Shown here piece after piece: positions 1 to 12,564 of a stretch of DNA of 64,000 nt. A program made the translations under genes and the position numbers. Each line of letters opens with the position of its first letter. The first letter of the stretch is position 1. Below the pieces are notes generated by a model that did no database searches, was not told the origin of the DNA, and was given only the letters and a program-made list of their open reading frames with translations. This DNA is from Schmidtea polychroa. Lineage: Eukaryota. The DNA is taken from assembly GCA_044892525.1 (NCBI GenBank), contig CM097885.1, positions 5,086,001-5,150,000 of the forward strand, in the 5' to 3' direction.

Positions 1-842
1 TCATCTTGGTGGAGAACATTGGATAGTTATATATATGAAACCTGGTAATATATTCGTGTTCGACCCTATGGGTTTCTATTATCCGGCTTTGATGATATCA
101 AAACTACAAACGATGGGAAAACCTATTGTGTATAACAAAACTATGTTTCAAAATCCATTAACTCAAACATGCGGTCAACATTGTTTAGCTTGTTTGTTGT
201 ATAAAAATTTTTAAGTTTAATAAATGTATGTAATCATATTTGTTGTTCACTTTATTAACGATGAAATTGCAATATTAATGCAAAATATTAATGAGCAATG
301 CCCTTAGGGGGACAAAATATCTTGTCAGATAAACTTCGAGTATATATAATAATAATAATAAAAAAAAAAAAAAAATAATAATAATAATAATAATAATAAT
401 AATCACCGCGCACGTTATTTAAAATGAGTTATCCATTATTTTTAAAACATTTTCAATTCTTAAAAGTTGTTGAATTATCCCTTATTTATTGCCCATTACA
501 CACAGGCACGCATAAAGTCAGTTTTTCTACCCCCTATATATTTGACCTACTTAATTTTTCAAAAATTTTCTAAGTATTTGGAGTTGACCTACTTATAAAC
601 TCTGAAAATATTTATGTTGATACCTTGAAAATTGTAAAGAATTATTAAATTTCTGAGAAAAACCATAGAAAAATATAAAACTTTCGAGAAAAACTCTTAA
701 AAACCGTTGAAAAATATAAAATTTCTGAAAAAATTATAAAATTTTCGAGAAAAACTCTTGAAAATCTTAAAAAATTTAAAATTTTTGAGTTGACCTACTT
801 TTTTTAAAAAAATGTGAGTTAGCGGGCTCCATACTATCTACT
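1..842 (+). mobile_element. Right end of a Polinton/Maverick (Polinton-0)
   Basis: Protease ORF, then repetitive AT-rich DNA ending ...ATACTATCTACT (reverse complement AGTAGATAGTAT, an AGTAG-type Polinton terminus). Contains a GGGGACA..ATAT..TGTC.GATA module (~290-345) also seen in the TIRs of the 18939-30957 element. The partner TIR is outside the window. Confidence 0.6.
2..214 (+). CDS. Adenovirus-type cysteine protease (adenain) of a Polinton/Maverick, 5'-partial at the window edge
   Basis: Manual translation HLGGEHWIVIY..FVFDPMG..FQNPLTQTCGQHCL shows the His-Trp, Phe-Asp, Gln and Cys-Gly catalytic pattern of Polinton proteases; stop at 212-214. Confidence 0.85.
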   Translation, partial: HLGGEHWIVIYMKPGNIFVFDPMGFYYPALMISKLQTMGKPIVYNKTMFQNPLTQTCGQHCLACLLYKNF

Positions 843-939
843 TTGGCGGGAAAATAAATTTAACCAAAACTTAAAGTCCTTGATAAAGTTAACTGGTTTC
901 TTAGCTTATGTTTTTTAAAGTGCATCAAATATAAATGGA

Positions 940-1657
940 AATATTCTTAGAAAATTATTGAAAAATTATTTATTCAAATACATTACAAAGTTATCATCAA
1001 AAATTTATTCTATCACTTACTTATTAACCTAATTGTCAATGAAATTAATTTTTATTTAAAATTAAAAAACTATTCAATAAAATACAACTAATTATCAAGA
1101 AATTAATTAAATTTATCACCATTAAAACCTTAAATTTTAAAATATTCTTTCAGTCAACATGAAATTCTTAGAAAATTATTCAATATCCTCATCAAAATTT
1201 ATCCTATCACTTGATTATTGTAAAAACTATAATTATTAACCTCATTGAAAATAATTTTTATTTAAAATTAAAATACATCCAATTATCAAGAAATTAATTA
1301 AATTTACCTTAGAATTAGCAATAAAACTTAAAATTTTTAAATATTCATTCAATAAACATGAAATTTGCAAAAATGATAAAAATTCACAAAAATGATAGAA
1401 ATCTGCAAAAATAATAGAAAATTACAAAAATGATGGAAATTCACAAAAATGATAGAAATTTACTTGAATATTTACTAAAACTATCAACTCTTAACCTTAT
1501 CAATGAATGCCTTAAACAACAAATTTGCCTAAATAATCATTCAAATAAAAGCATTAAATACCAGTACCTTTATGATCAGTACCCTTGCGACATGTTGAAT
1601 GTGAGTAGTACCCTTGTGAGCAATACCCATAGGGGGACAGAATATTTTGTCGGATAA
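940..1657 (+). repeat. Dispersed AT-rich repeat family, copy 1, ending in the GTACCC/GACAGAATATTTTGTCGGATA module
   Basis: Close similarity to 37655-38156; internal duplication of ~940-1160 at ~1160-1360. Confidence 0.75.
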
Positions 1658-1815
1658 TAATAATTTTTTTTTCACATTTATGTTTAAAAATTAATTAATT
1701 TATTAAAAATAAAATATACAATTTCCTAAGATACCCACACTATATATTTTTTTAATATTTATTTTCAATATTATTTTCAATATTATTTTCAAATTTTTAA
1801 TATTATTTTATGTTG

Positions 1816-1878
1816 AAAAAAAACTAATGTCAATTGGGATTTGAACCACTGTGCCAGTCTATTCCCACTGAGCCAGCA
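1816..1878 (-). ncRNA. tRNA-like RNA polymerase III unit 1 (A box, B box, T-run terminator)
   Basis: Minus strand reads TGGCTCAGTGG (A box, 1875-1865), GGTTCAAATCC (B box, 1847-1837), then T8 at 1823-1816. It is not a full cloverleaf. Confidence 0.5.
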
Positions 1879-1976
1879 ATCTTAATTTTAAAATTGCTTT
1901 TTCCTATTAAACATAGAAAATTAAATATTCTACTTAAAAACTAAAAGTAGTAGAATATTATGAAAATAATATTTAT

Positions 1977-2055
1977 AAAAAAAATATTTTGACTTGGGAT
2001 TTGAAACGCTTCCTATTCTTATAACTGATTGAGTCTATTCCCACTGCGCTATCAG
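1977..2055 (-). ncRNA. tRNA-like RNA polymerase III unit 2
   Basis: Minus strand reads TAGCGCAGTGG (A box, 2051-2041), a shared GAATAGACT, a B-box-like GTTTCAAATCC (2007-1997), then T8 at 1984-1977. Paralogous to unit 1. Confidence 0.45.
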
Positions 2056-2222
2056 GGTTTGGATTTTTTTCATTTTTTAAATTTTATATTTATAAAATTC
2101 TAAAAATTAGAGGGTCACATTATGAATAGTAACTTTTATTGTCAAGACAAGTTTTATCAATAAAAGAAAAAATTGAAAAATTTATAAAATTTGAACTAGT
2201 GAAACAATATGTTTTAAAAAAG

Positions 2223-5200
2223 ATGACTACCTCGAAAAATTTGAATACTGAAAATTATTTTTGTAATTTGTGTAATAAAAACTTCACAACAAAAACAGCA
2301 TTAACTTCTCATAAAAATCAGAAGATCATTTAATCAAAGGAAATCTTTAAGATGATACCAACTCTAAAATTTGTGACAAATGTAGAGAGCGATAATTATT
2401 TTCAGGATTTGATAAACATTATACAAACTGTATTGGAATTAAATGAATTAGAGAAACATTTTCTTGTTTAATATGCCATAAAAATTCAAAAGTAAATTTG
2501 AATTAAAAAAACATGCTAAAGAATTTGGTCAAGAAAATGAAACAAGTGAACAAGAACAAGATAATTTGGATGATTTCAATTACATTGATATATTTAGTTG
2601 CAACATGCTCAATTTCATCATATATTAAAAAACACTCAAAAGAGATAAAAGATTCAATGGAGCAATGTATAAAAGTTTCAAAGGTTCAAGGTATAATATT
2701 ATAAAATACAAGATTATAGTTAATACAAGATATTGGCGGGGACATAAATTAAACCAAAACTTTCTAAATTCAGATATTTCAACTAATTATAAACATTTAT
2801 TTTCAATGAAAGGATTCAAAAAAACAATCAAAGATGTAATAACCGAGTTGCAAGAAAATCAAGAAGATCATGAACAACATTTGGGTGAATCAGATTTAAT
2901 TTTCCATTCTTTCCAAAATATTGAAATAAATTATTGAAAAGGAAGACCCCCAGTTCCCAAATTATATATTCCGACACCTTTTTTTTCTAAACACATAATA
3001 AATGTCAAAAATAAAGATAATAAATGTTTCCTATGAGCAATACTATCAGCTCTACATCCTCAACAATATAATTCTGATCGGGTATCTAAATATCGACAAT
3101 ATGAAAATGAAATAATATTTTGGGAAGATTTTGAACATCCAATGAAAATAGAACGCATGGCAAAATTTGAAAAACTAAAACATCTTAGAATTAATATTTA
3201 TGAATTAGATGGTGACAAGGTTATAACAATTTATATTTCAAATCAAGATGTAAATTCTGAAACAAGTTTCAACTCTAAAACAATTAGTCTATTAATATTA
3301 AAAACGATTTCAACTGATACAAATGATTTAATTTCTCATTATGTTTGGAATAAAGATTTTCAAAGTTTTATGAGATCTCGATCATCATCCTCTCATCGAG
3401 TACAAGGACATACTTGTGAAATATGTCTTTATTATTCAACTTCTAATGTTCTAAGAATAAAACATGATAGATTGTGTAAAGATAATGAACCAGCATTAAT
3501 TAAAATTCCAGAGAATCTTGAAATGAAATTTAAAAATTATTCGAATTTATTAGAATCTCTTCTTACAATTTATGGAGATTTTGAAGCAATTAATAAACCA
3601 CAAAATTTAGAACAAGAATATCTAAATGTTATAGAAAAAACTAAATTATTAGAATCATGGTATCAGTATAGTCAAGCAAATGATTTAGAAGAATCTTGGT
3701 TTAGATATAATGGATTTGACAATGAATTGGATAAAATGAAAGATTTTCTCAAGATGAATAAAAAATCTTTTACAATAAAATTAACTGAACAAGTTCCATC
3801 AGCATATCGTTTATTCATCAAAAGTAATTATCCAGAAATAATTGAATCATATGAAATAGCATATCGAGGAACTTCTCCACAAGATACTCTAGATCATTTT
3901 GTTGCAAATATAAATTCCTTGGAATCATTCTTTCATAAAAAATTAAAAACTGATTTTGAAATGAATATTTCACCAGAACAATTTAGAGAATATGAAAATT
4001 CTACAATTTGTTGGATGTGTAATCAAGATTTGAGTTCAAATCCAAAAATTATAGATCAAGATCATTTTAAAGAAATAAATAATTACAGAGGGGCAGCTCA
4101 TAATAATTGTAATTTAAATTGTAAAAAACCAAAATTTATACCAGTTATATTTCATAATCTGTTTGGATATGATATTCATCTATTCATAAAACATTTAACA
4201 ATTAATGCAAAAAACAGTTTTAAAGTTATTGGGTTGACAAAAGAAAAATATAAATGTGTAGAATATGGATGTTTAAAATTCATAGATTCTCTAAATTTCT
4301 TTGGAATGAGTTTAGATGGAATATCAAAAACAATGTCAAGCGAAGATTTAAAATTTACAATAGAGAATGTTTTGAAAAAATATAATTTTCCAATTTAAGA
4401 ATATCCAACATGTTTAGTAAAAAAAATATATCCATATTATTACATTGATTCATTCGATAGATATCAAGAAATGGAATTACCACCTCATGAAAAATTTTAT
4501 TCAGTATTAAATCAATCAAATACATTAGATGAAGAAGATGCTCGAGCTAGAAAAATTTGGCAATTATTTAATTGTAAAAATATAGGAGAATATACAGATG
4601 TGTATCTAAGTCTAGATGTTTATATTCTCGCTGATTGTTTTTTAAAGTTTGTAAAATATTTTCCATTGAAAGCTTATAATTATATAACTCTACCATCATT
4701 ATCCTGGGATATGTCATTATATTATATGATTTCTCAACCAGATAAAAGTAAGAAATTATTATCAGACATCAACATGTTCAATATAATAAAAAATAATATT
4801 CGAGGGAGAATTAGTTCTTCCATGGGTGAAAGAAGTAGAACTGCATTCAATTATAAACATGTTATAGAGGTTATTTCGAAGATACAGATGAACCGCCTGT
4901 AGAAATAAAAACAGAACAAGATTATAAAATGATAATGGAATGTATAACTAATCCATGTGAAGTTTTATATATTGATGCAACTGCTTTATATGCAGGAATA
5001 ATGACACAATATTTATCAATTTCTTCATTTGAATGGGTTGAAATACCTGAAAACCAAGATGAATTAATGAATGAAATATTAAATACTCCCAAAGATTCAG
5101 ATGTTGGATATTTTCTAGAAGTTGATTTAAAATATCCAGACAGTATAAAATTCAAAACAAAAAATTTCCCATTTGTTCATGTAAAAAGAAAAATAGGAAA

Positions 5201-6494
5201 AGATGAATTATCCCCATGGCAAAAAAAGAAAAATCAACATACTAGTATGAAATTAATATGTGATCAAACAGACAAAACAAATTATCTCATACATTATAGA
5301 ATGTTACAATTCTATGTTAGACATGAAATGGAGATAGAACAAATTCATAATATTATAAAATTTAAACAAGCACCATTCATGAAAAAATATATTGAAGACA
5401 ACATCAAATGAGAAATGAATGTAAAAGAGCAAAAGATGCATTTGGGGACACCATGTATAAATTATTAAATAATTCTGTATTTGGAAAAACTATGGAAAAT
5501 ATTGACAAGTATACAAAGATTGAATTATTAACAAACAATAAAAAAGATTTTGCAAGATATAATAGAATGTTGGCAAAACCAACATTTAAAAATGCACAAA
5601 TATTTTGAAGAAAATTAGCTGCAATTGAAATATGAAATTATGAAAAAACATACAACAAGCCAATGTTTATTGGATATAGTATTTTAGAATTATCTAAATT
5701 ACAAATGTATGAAACATATTATGATGTATTGGAACCACATTTTGGTGATAGAATATCATTACATGCAATGAATACTGATAGTATGTTTTTAAGAGTTTAT
5801 TCTCCTGATATATACAAGGAAATATCTGAAAAATTAAATCTTGAGAAAATTAATAAATACAACTGAGGATTTGTTTAGTTTCAAAGATGAGAAACCAAAC
5901 ACCCCAATAATTAATTTTATATTTATTCGATCAAAACGATATTCTATTGAATTGGAAAATCCAACTTTTCCAAATGGTCCAACGATACAAGAAAATAGAA
6001 ATAAGGGAATTCAAAAATGTGTAACCCAAAAAATTAAACATCAAGATTATTGTATTGTTCTAGAACCAAATTCAAAGAAACAAATAGTAGTAGTTCATCA
6101 AATTAAATCTACTAAACATAATATCAAGAATCAAACAAAACTTCATTAAATAATTATGATGATAAAAAATTAATTTTATCTGATGGGAATTCATACACTT
6201 CCATTTGGAAATGATAGGATCCCCATCATATACAAGTTGAAAAAAATTAATAAAATATTAAAAACAAATTATAGAGATGTTGATGTTATTAAAATGAAAC
6301 CTGAAGAATATGAAATATTATCTAATATTTTCAACAACTTGGACTATTACATGAATTTGTATAATAATAATAATAATAATAATAATCCTATTGATTCTGA
6401 TAATAATGAATCTGAAGATTATAATATTTGTAATGAATCTGAACTTGATAATAATTCTATTGATTCTTATGTTTATGATTCTGATGAGTCATAA
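2223..6494 (+). pseudogene. Polinton-1 protein-primed family B DNA polymerase, fragmented
   Basis: Ordered motifs across frames: N-terminal C2H2-like finger, INVKNKDNKCFL*AILSALHP, YGDFEA, CWMC..DHF..YRGAAHNNCNL, FHNLFGYD, FIDSLNF, YIDATALY, GYFLEVDLKYP, KLLNNSVFGKTMEN, ILELSKLQMY, NTDS, FKDE, TLPFG. Multiple stops and frameshifts. Confidence 0.95.
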
Positions 6495-7189
6495 AGATTA
6501 TTATAATGATTCGGATGATGATAATTCTGATTAGATTCCATCATATTCCAATAGATTCCATCATATTTAACCATATTTCGTCATGAAGAAATCTGACAAA
6601 GTTTTAGAGTATATAATTTCAAATATAAAAAAATAATTACAAGAATGATTAAATATGACGTTTCTTGATTAAATATCTTTATACTGAAGCATCTTTGAAT
6701 TCTTTATTATTTTCCTTCTTTAAATTTTCATATTCCATCTTTAAATTTTCAAAATCTTCAGACAAAGAATCAATTTGACTATATAATATCCCAACTAGAT
6801 TATTCATCATTTTCATTGTGGGAACAATTTCTTCTTGCTTTTTTTTATTATTACATGTTGATTCAAAATTAAATTTTGTTTACTAATCAAATCTCCACTC
6901 AAATCAAGAGATAAATCTTCAATAAAAATTGCAAGGTAAAGTTTTTTCTCCATTAAATCACGTTGTTGAATTAAATATTTTCGAGTTTCCTTTTGAGTTT
7001 CCATTTTTATATATTTTATTTTTATTATATTAAAAATGTCAACTAATAATTTACGACATCCATTAGTTAATGGAACTGTTAATAGACTTGTAGATTTATA
7101 TAAACTTGTTGATGATTTAATATTAAAAAATAATGAAAATATTGATTATTTTGAAGAAAGAAATAAAGAAAATCTTTCATCCTTTTTTC

Positions 7190-7377
7190 ATCTTTTTCTC
7201 TTCCCATAGTTGAAGGTGAAGTACCAATCATTTTACAAATTTGAGGTTGTCTAAGGTTAGGATTTTAACTTTTTATTTTTTTGTGAATTCTACAACTTTT
7301 TGTTTTAATAAAAATATATTTAATTTGCTTGTTTCAACTATGGTTATTTGATCCATTTTCTTTAAAAATTCATCCAT
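7190..7377 (-). pseudogene. Small helix-turn-helix-like protein of Polinton-1 (frameshifted)
   Basis: MDEFLKKMDQ..., then after a frameshift NPNLRQPQICKMIGTSPSTMGRE, a typical HTH pattern (Q..I...G.S.ST..R). Confidence 0.4.
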
Positions 7378-8634
7378 TTTTATGTGATATTTATAAAAAA
7401 AATAAAGGGCATGAAAATTTTCCCCATTTTAAAACTTGAAGATTCATACTTTTCATACTTTTTTCATACTTTTTTACTTTCATACTTTTAATTATTCTTT
7501 AACCATTTCTCTCGTGCATCTTTTTTTGAATATCCTTGGGTTATTACATTTGCATTTTTTAACTTGTTAACTTGATCTTTTATCTCTTGAATTATTTGAT
7601 TGGATTTTAAAATTTCATCATTCGTCCAGAATCCATTTTCCATGGCTTTTAATTGAAATAAAAATAATTTTACTATTCCTACATCTATTGTTGTACAAAC
7701 TTCACGATATAAACTTTTCTTTTTTGCAGTGTATGATATAGACACAACTTCAGTCAAGAATAAATCTCCTGCTGAAATACTCCCAAGAATTATTGGTCCA
7801 AGTGTTAGTACTGGTAGAGTTGCAGGTAATACAACTGTTAATATTGTTGTCGCAAAACCCAAAGAATAACTAGCAATCTTTAAACAAGTATCAGCTCTAT
7901 TCCATCTATGTTTAATTTTTTATAATGTTTTAATAAATCTTCTAAATGAAGTTTTTCAGATTTGAATTCTTTTACTCTCATAACTTTGGTGGGTTACTGA
8001 TGATCAAATATTTTGCTCTTTAGTGCTGTTGCCAGCGTAACCCAAGATACAACATTGTTTACCGCTTGATACCCGTTGAATGATCAACGTTGGTACTGTA
8101 TCAAGAGGGTGAGTGCTCGCAAAAAGTGAGCGCACTACTTGCACTGTAATTGTCGAGCACTCTACTGGGTTCACGGACTGCCGATAGAAGGCTTGTGTCC
8201 GATTTGGCCTGGTCCCTTCACCAGATTGTCTTCCCAATACCATACCCTATTCATCCCCCTTATCTCCCACATACATCATTTTTTCCAATTCATGCACACA
8301 CGCTCATGTTTCATGTCAACTCTCTAGTGAAAGTTAATAATTATTTATTAAAACACCACACATAATTCAGGTTTATGTTGGGTTAATTTCCCGTTCAATC
8401 AAAATACCAAAAATTAATACTTAATTTTAATTCAGGCAATCCAGATTAAATTAAAGTTGAGTTTAATTATCCATATTTCTTTTCCTTTTAAAAATTAAAT
8501 TTTCAATTAATAATAGAAATAAAAATTTAATCCCAGGTGTTTAAATCACCTATTTATAATTAACATAATTTTGATAATTTGAAATATTTTCTTTTTAACA
8601 AACCATTTTATTTATATATTAGTAATATTTTGCA

Positions 8635-9296
8635 ATGAAAATTTTATCAGTTTTTTTTTTAATCATTGTTTACTATGTAATGTCAGCTACAGTTAATGAA
8701 AATAATTGCGAAGGTATTTGGCACTTATTTTTATTATATTTAAAAATTGTTCAGTTTGTGTTAAGTTTGTGAGACGCCTGAAAGATAGTCTAGATGGAGA
8801 TGAAAGTACAAATATCGAAAATATTGAAAATAAATTCAAAAAGATGAGCAAAACAAGTAAAGGAAAAGAATAAAGTCTGGTAAGGTATTATAACTGATTA
8901 CTATAAAATTGTAATTTATTTTTAGTGTTATTATATTGGAGGATTGGTAACATCTACTGCATATATTGTAAAACATTTGTTTCAGCCTTTGAGTTGGGTT
9001 ATGCCCGCTGAAAAAGTCTGAAAAACTAAAAGCAATGGATTCACAAATTTGTGAATTAAAATATGGTATGTTCAGTTAAGATTTTAAATATTAATTCAAC
9101 TATTTTTCAGACAAACCTATTGATCTTACTGGTATTAATCTAAACAAAGCTCGCGTTAAAGATCTCAAAACATATTAGAAAGCTGGGGTGAAGAATGTAA
9201 AGGTTGTACAGAAAAAACTGATTTTATCCGATTAATAAATGAAAAACGCCCATTTATGATCTTAAAGCAGCCAAGCAAAGAAATAAAGCCGATTTG
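8635..9296 (+). pseudogene. MANF: Captured MANF/ARMET gene copy (4 exons) inside LTR copy A
   Basis: Exons 8635-8713, 8755-8879, 8926-9065, 9111-~9296 with GT-AG introns. They encode a signal peptide, [54 protein letters not shown] and a C-terminal KADL. One stop, a Cys-to-Ser change and small frameshifts. Confidence 0.92.
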
Positions 9297-10099
9297 GAGT
9301 TTTTTCTTTTTGAGTTTTTATTCAGGATGTTGTAATTAAATAAAATATTAAAATTCTTTTTTACAATGATGTAAATAAATTTGGTAATTGAAATTAATAA
9401 ATTTAGTTTACTATTGGGTTTTGTCTTTTGATTTGATTTGACCATAATTTTGTCCATAATTTTTATAAATTATTCTATCTTTATTACTTTAAAGGGGTTG
9501 TGTAAATTATTCCACAGGGGTCTTGAGGGGAAGATTATGGTATTGGTTATTTTCTAAAATCTATATATACATACACACATCCACATATATATATACGTAT
9601 ACACATACACCCACACATATATGGATATAATTTAAATTAATAATATTGATGTCGTTTTCAGGGGGGGGGGGTGTTACTAAAAATAGATTTTAGTGATTTT
9701 CCGTAATCTTATTGGAAGATAGGGCCATTGAAACTAAATTTAGAGATAGGGGAATCCGAAAATCGATAATTTTGTTTAAAATTTTATTTTTAAGAAATAA
9801 TAATTACTTTAATAATATAATCAGTTTAGTGGGGTTACTGGGGAAAATAAAATCAATGATATCAATAAAATGTAATAGTAATACTAATGATAGTAGCAGT
9901 AATGTTAAAATAACAATAATGATAAACGGCGAATGTACCTTGATATCTTTATGAAATTACCACGGGTATATAGCTTGGGGGTCATTTAGGAATTTTAAGA
10001 GTTATCATTTTAAAATCAAATATAAGATGAATATATACATATATATACACATACACATATACACACACATATATACATATATATATAAAAGTAGTCTAT

Positions 10100-11700
10100 C
10101 TTAGTGTAAATTTAGATAAATATATAATTTGAGGGGGGTCATTTAGGAAATTTTACCACTTATATTTTTTATCATAATGTAAGTTAAATATATATTAAAA
10201 TAAGCCAATTTAGTATGTATAAGTTTGAGGGGGGGGGGGGGGGGGTCATGTGTGAACATTTACAATTTACATTTTTAAATATAATATAAGTTAAATATAT
10301 ATTAAAAATGAGTCAATTTAGTATATTTAAGTAATGGACAATGAATGTATAATTTTGAGGGGGTCAGTTATGAAAATTTCCAATTTAGAATTTTAAATAT
10401 ACTGATAGTTAAATATATATTAAAATAAGTTAATTTAGTATGCTTAGGTAATGGGTAGTGACTGTATGATTCTGAGGGGGTCATTCATAAAAATTTACAA
10501 TTTATATTTTTAAATATAATATAAATTAAATGTATATTAAGATAAGCTAATTTAGTATATTTAGGTGGTAGTTGATGACTATATGGTTTGTGGGGGTCTT
10601 TGATGAAAATTTTCCAACTATAATTTAAAAGGTAATCTAAGTTAAGCATATATATTAAATAGTCTAAATTAGTGTATCAGGTAGTGATTAATGGTTATAG
10701 GAATTAAGGGGGGTCATTTATCAAAATTTTCCAAATTTATATCGTAAAGATAATGTATTAATGTATTTAGACAATAATTAATGGTTAGGTGATCTGAGGA
10801 ATTATTAGGTTTGATAACTGCACATATATAAGTTAATTTATTGCTATATATATTGTTCTCGACTAATGTATAGTTTGAGGGGGGTACTCACGAAAAAGGT
10901 AAGTTATACTTTTATAAGTTTCAAATATACATATATAAGTTAGATTATGAATCTGGACATTTGTTTCGACCATTACGTAACTTGGGGGGGGGGGGGTATT
11001 TATAAAATATTTACAACTTTTTATAGATTATATTTTTATCGCTAACGTAGTTTATATTTTATACTTTTATGACCAAATTAAGATTATAATTTATAGTCTT
11101 TCAGCTAATATAAGTTTATAATTTATATTTTTATGAAATTAAATTTATAGTTTATGTTTTTAAAGCTAATATAATTTTATAATTTATACTTTTGAGTTTA
11201 TAATTTATATTTTATGAAGTTAAGTTAAATTTACAGTTTATATTTTAAAGCTAATATAATTTTATAATTTATATTTTTATGAAGTTAAATTTATAGTTTA
11301 TATTTTAAAGCTAATATAATTTTATAATTTATATTTTTATGAAGTTAAATTTATAGTTTATATTTTAGAGCCCATATAATTTTATAATTTATACTTTTAA
11401 GTTTATAATTTATATTTGGTGAAGTTCAATTTATAGTTTATATTTCCAAAGCTAATATAATTTTATAATTTATATTTTTATGAAGTTAAGATTATAATTT
11501 ATACTTTTATAATTAACTTAGAGTTATAATTTATAATTTTTATCGTCAATACAAATTTGTAATTTATAATTTCAAGAAATTAAATTTATAATTTATACCT
11601 TTCTAACTAATCATAATTTATATTTTGAAGAAATTAAATCTATAAGTATAATTCACATTTTTATGAAATTGAGAGGATAATTTATACTGTTATGGGTTTA
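10100..11700. repeat. Internal minisatellites of the LTR (GGGGGTCATT-anchored ~100-120 bp units, then TTTATAATTTATATTT units)
   Basis: Visible tandem units, mirrored in inverted orientation at ~14600-15300 and ~17200-17720. Confidence 0.8.
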
Positions 11701-12460
11701 CGATTTGAATTTTTATAGTTAGTTTAGAGTCTATTCAATTTAAAATCCAAGTCTTGCTGATGCGCATGTCGAACACCTTTATGAATACTATCACTACTAA
11801 ATCAATCATTTTTAAACAATCTTTACTTTACACTATTACTAGAAAATTTATTTAAGACATTTATAAATCTAGATTCGACAAACGTATAGGTAGAGTTGGT
11901 TCTTGATGATATTTAACCGTCTACATTAATTGTGAATTGTAGAGTTGTGATTAATTTAGGTCTGAGATCTACTCTGTTTATTAACCTTAGTGTATTGTAT
12001 TGTGATGATTTTGGATGTAGATTTTAACTATGTAAATTATTCATGCATTGAAAGTCGGGAAGAGTGTTTGCTTTCACGGCCCCACTGTGACCACTACGAC
12101 AAACCTTACTGTTGTGTGGAGTCGAAACATCGCTGTCGACCGATAAATAAATATATGGAGCCATAGCGGAGGGGTTTTATCGACACAACTCCATGGTAGA
12201 ACCATGAAGTGGCCGACCTCCGATGACCGAACAAAAGGAAACCAATAATATTGATAAGTGCGTGCCAGGCAGTGGCCTGCAATCATTGTGATATGTGTAC
12301 TCATCGATGATAAAGTGCATAGGTGCAGGGTTGGCTGGGATCTCGCTTCAAAATCAATGATAACCGACGATCTCACTCAAACCTACATTTCTATAGTTAA
12401 AAAGAAATAATGAAAACAAGGTTTCAATAATAATAACTTATAATTCACAATGAAATCGTT

Positions 12461-12564
12461 CTTACCTACAATCTCAGAAAAATCAAAACCAAAAATTTGG
12501 CATAAGAGTAAGCATTAGCATATTTTCCTTGCTTAAAAAGTGACGAAATGTGTTAGTTTATATA
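12461..12564 (-). promoter_or_regulatory. Putative LTR promoter (TATA, Inr-like) and first splice donor
   Basis: Minus strand TATATAAA (12564-12557), TCACTT downstream and GTAAG donor at 12465-12461. The same arrangement occurs in copy C (TATATATA 52878-52871, TCAGTC 52860-52855, GTAAG 52799-52795). Confidence 0.5.

Noticed and set aside
842..854. E2F-like site TTTGGCGGGAAA
   Set aside because: Single occurrence at an element junction with no linked gene.
1430..1657. Similar short ORFs at 1430 and 37917
   Set aside because: They reflect a shared non-coding repeat; the frames diverge at the ends and no domain is recognisable.
10100..11700. CRISPR-like repeat-spacer array
   Set aside because: Degenerate minisatellite with homologous spacers, eukaryotic context and no cas genes.
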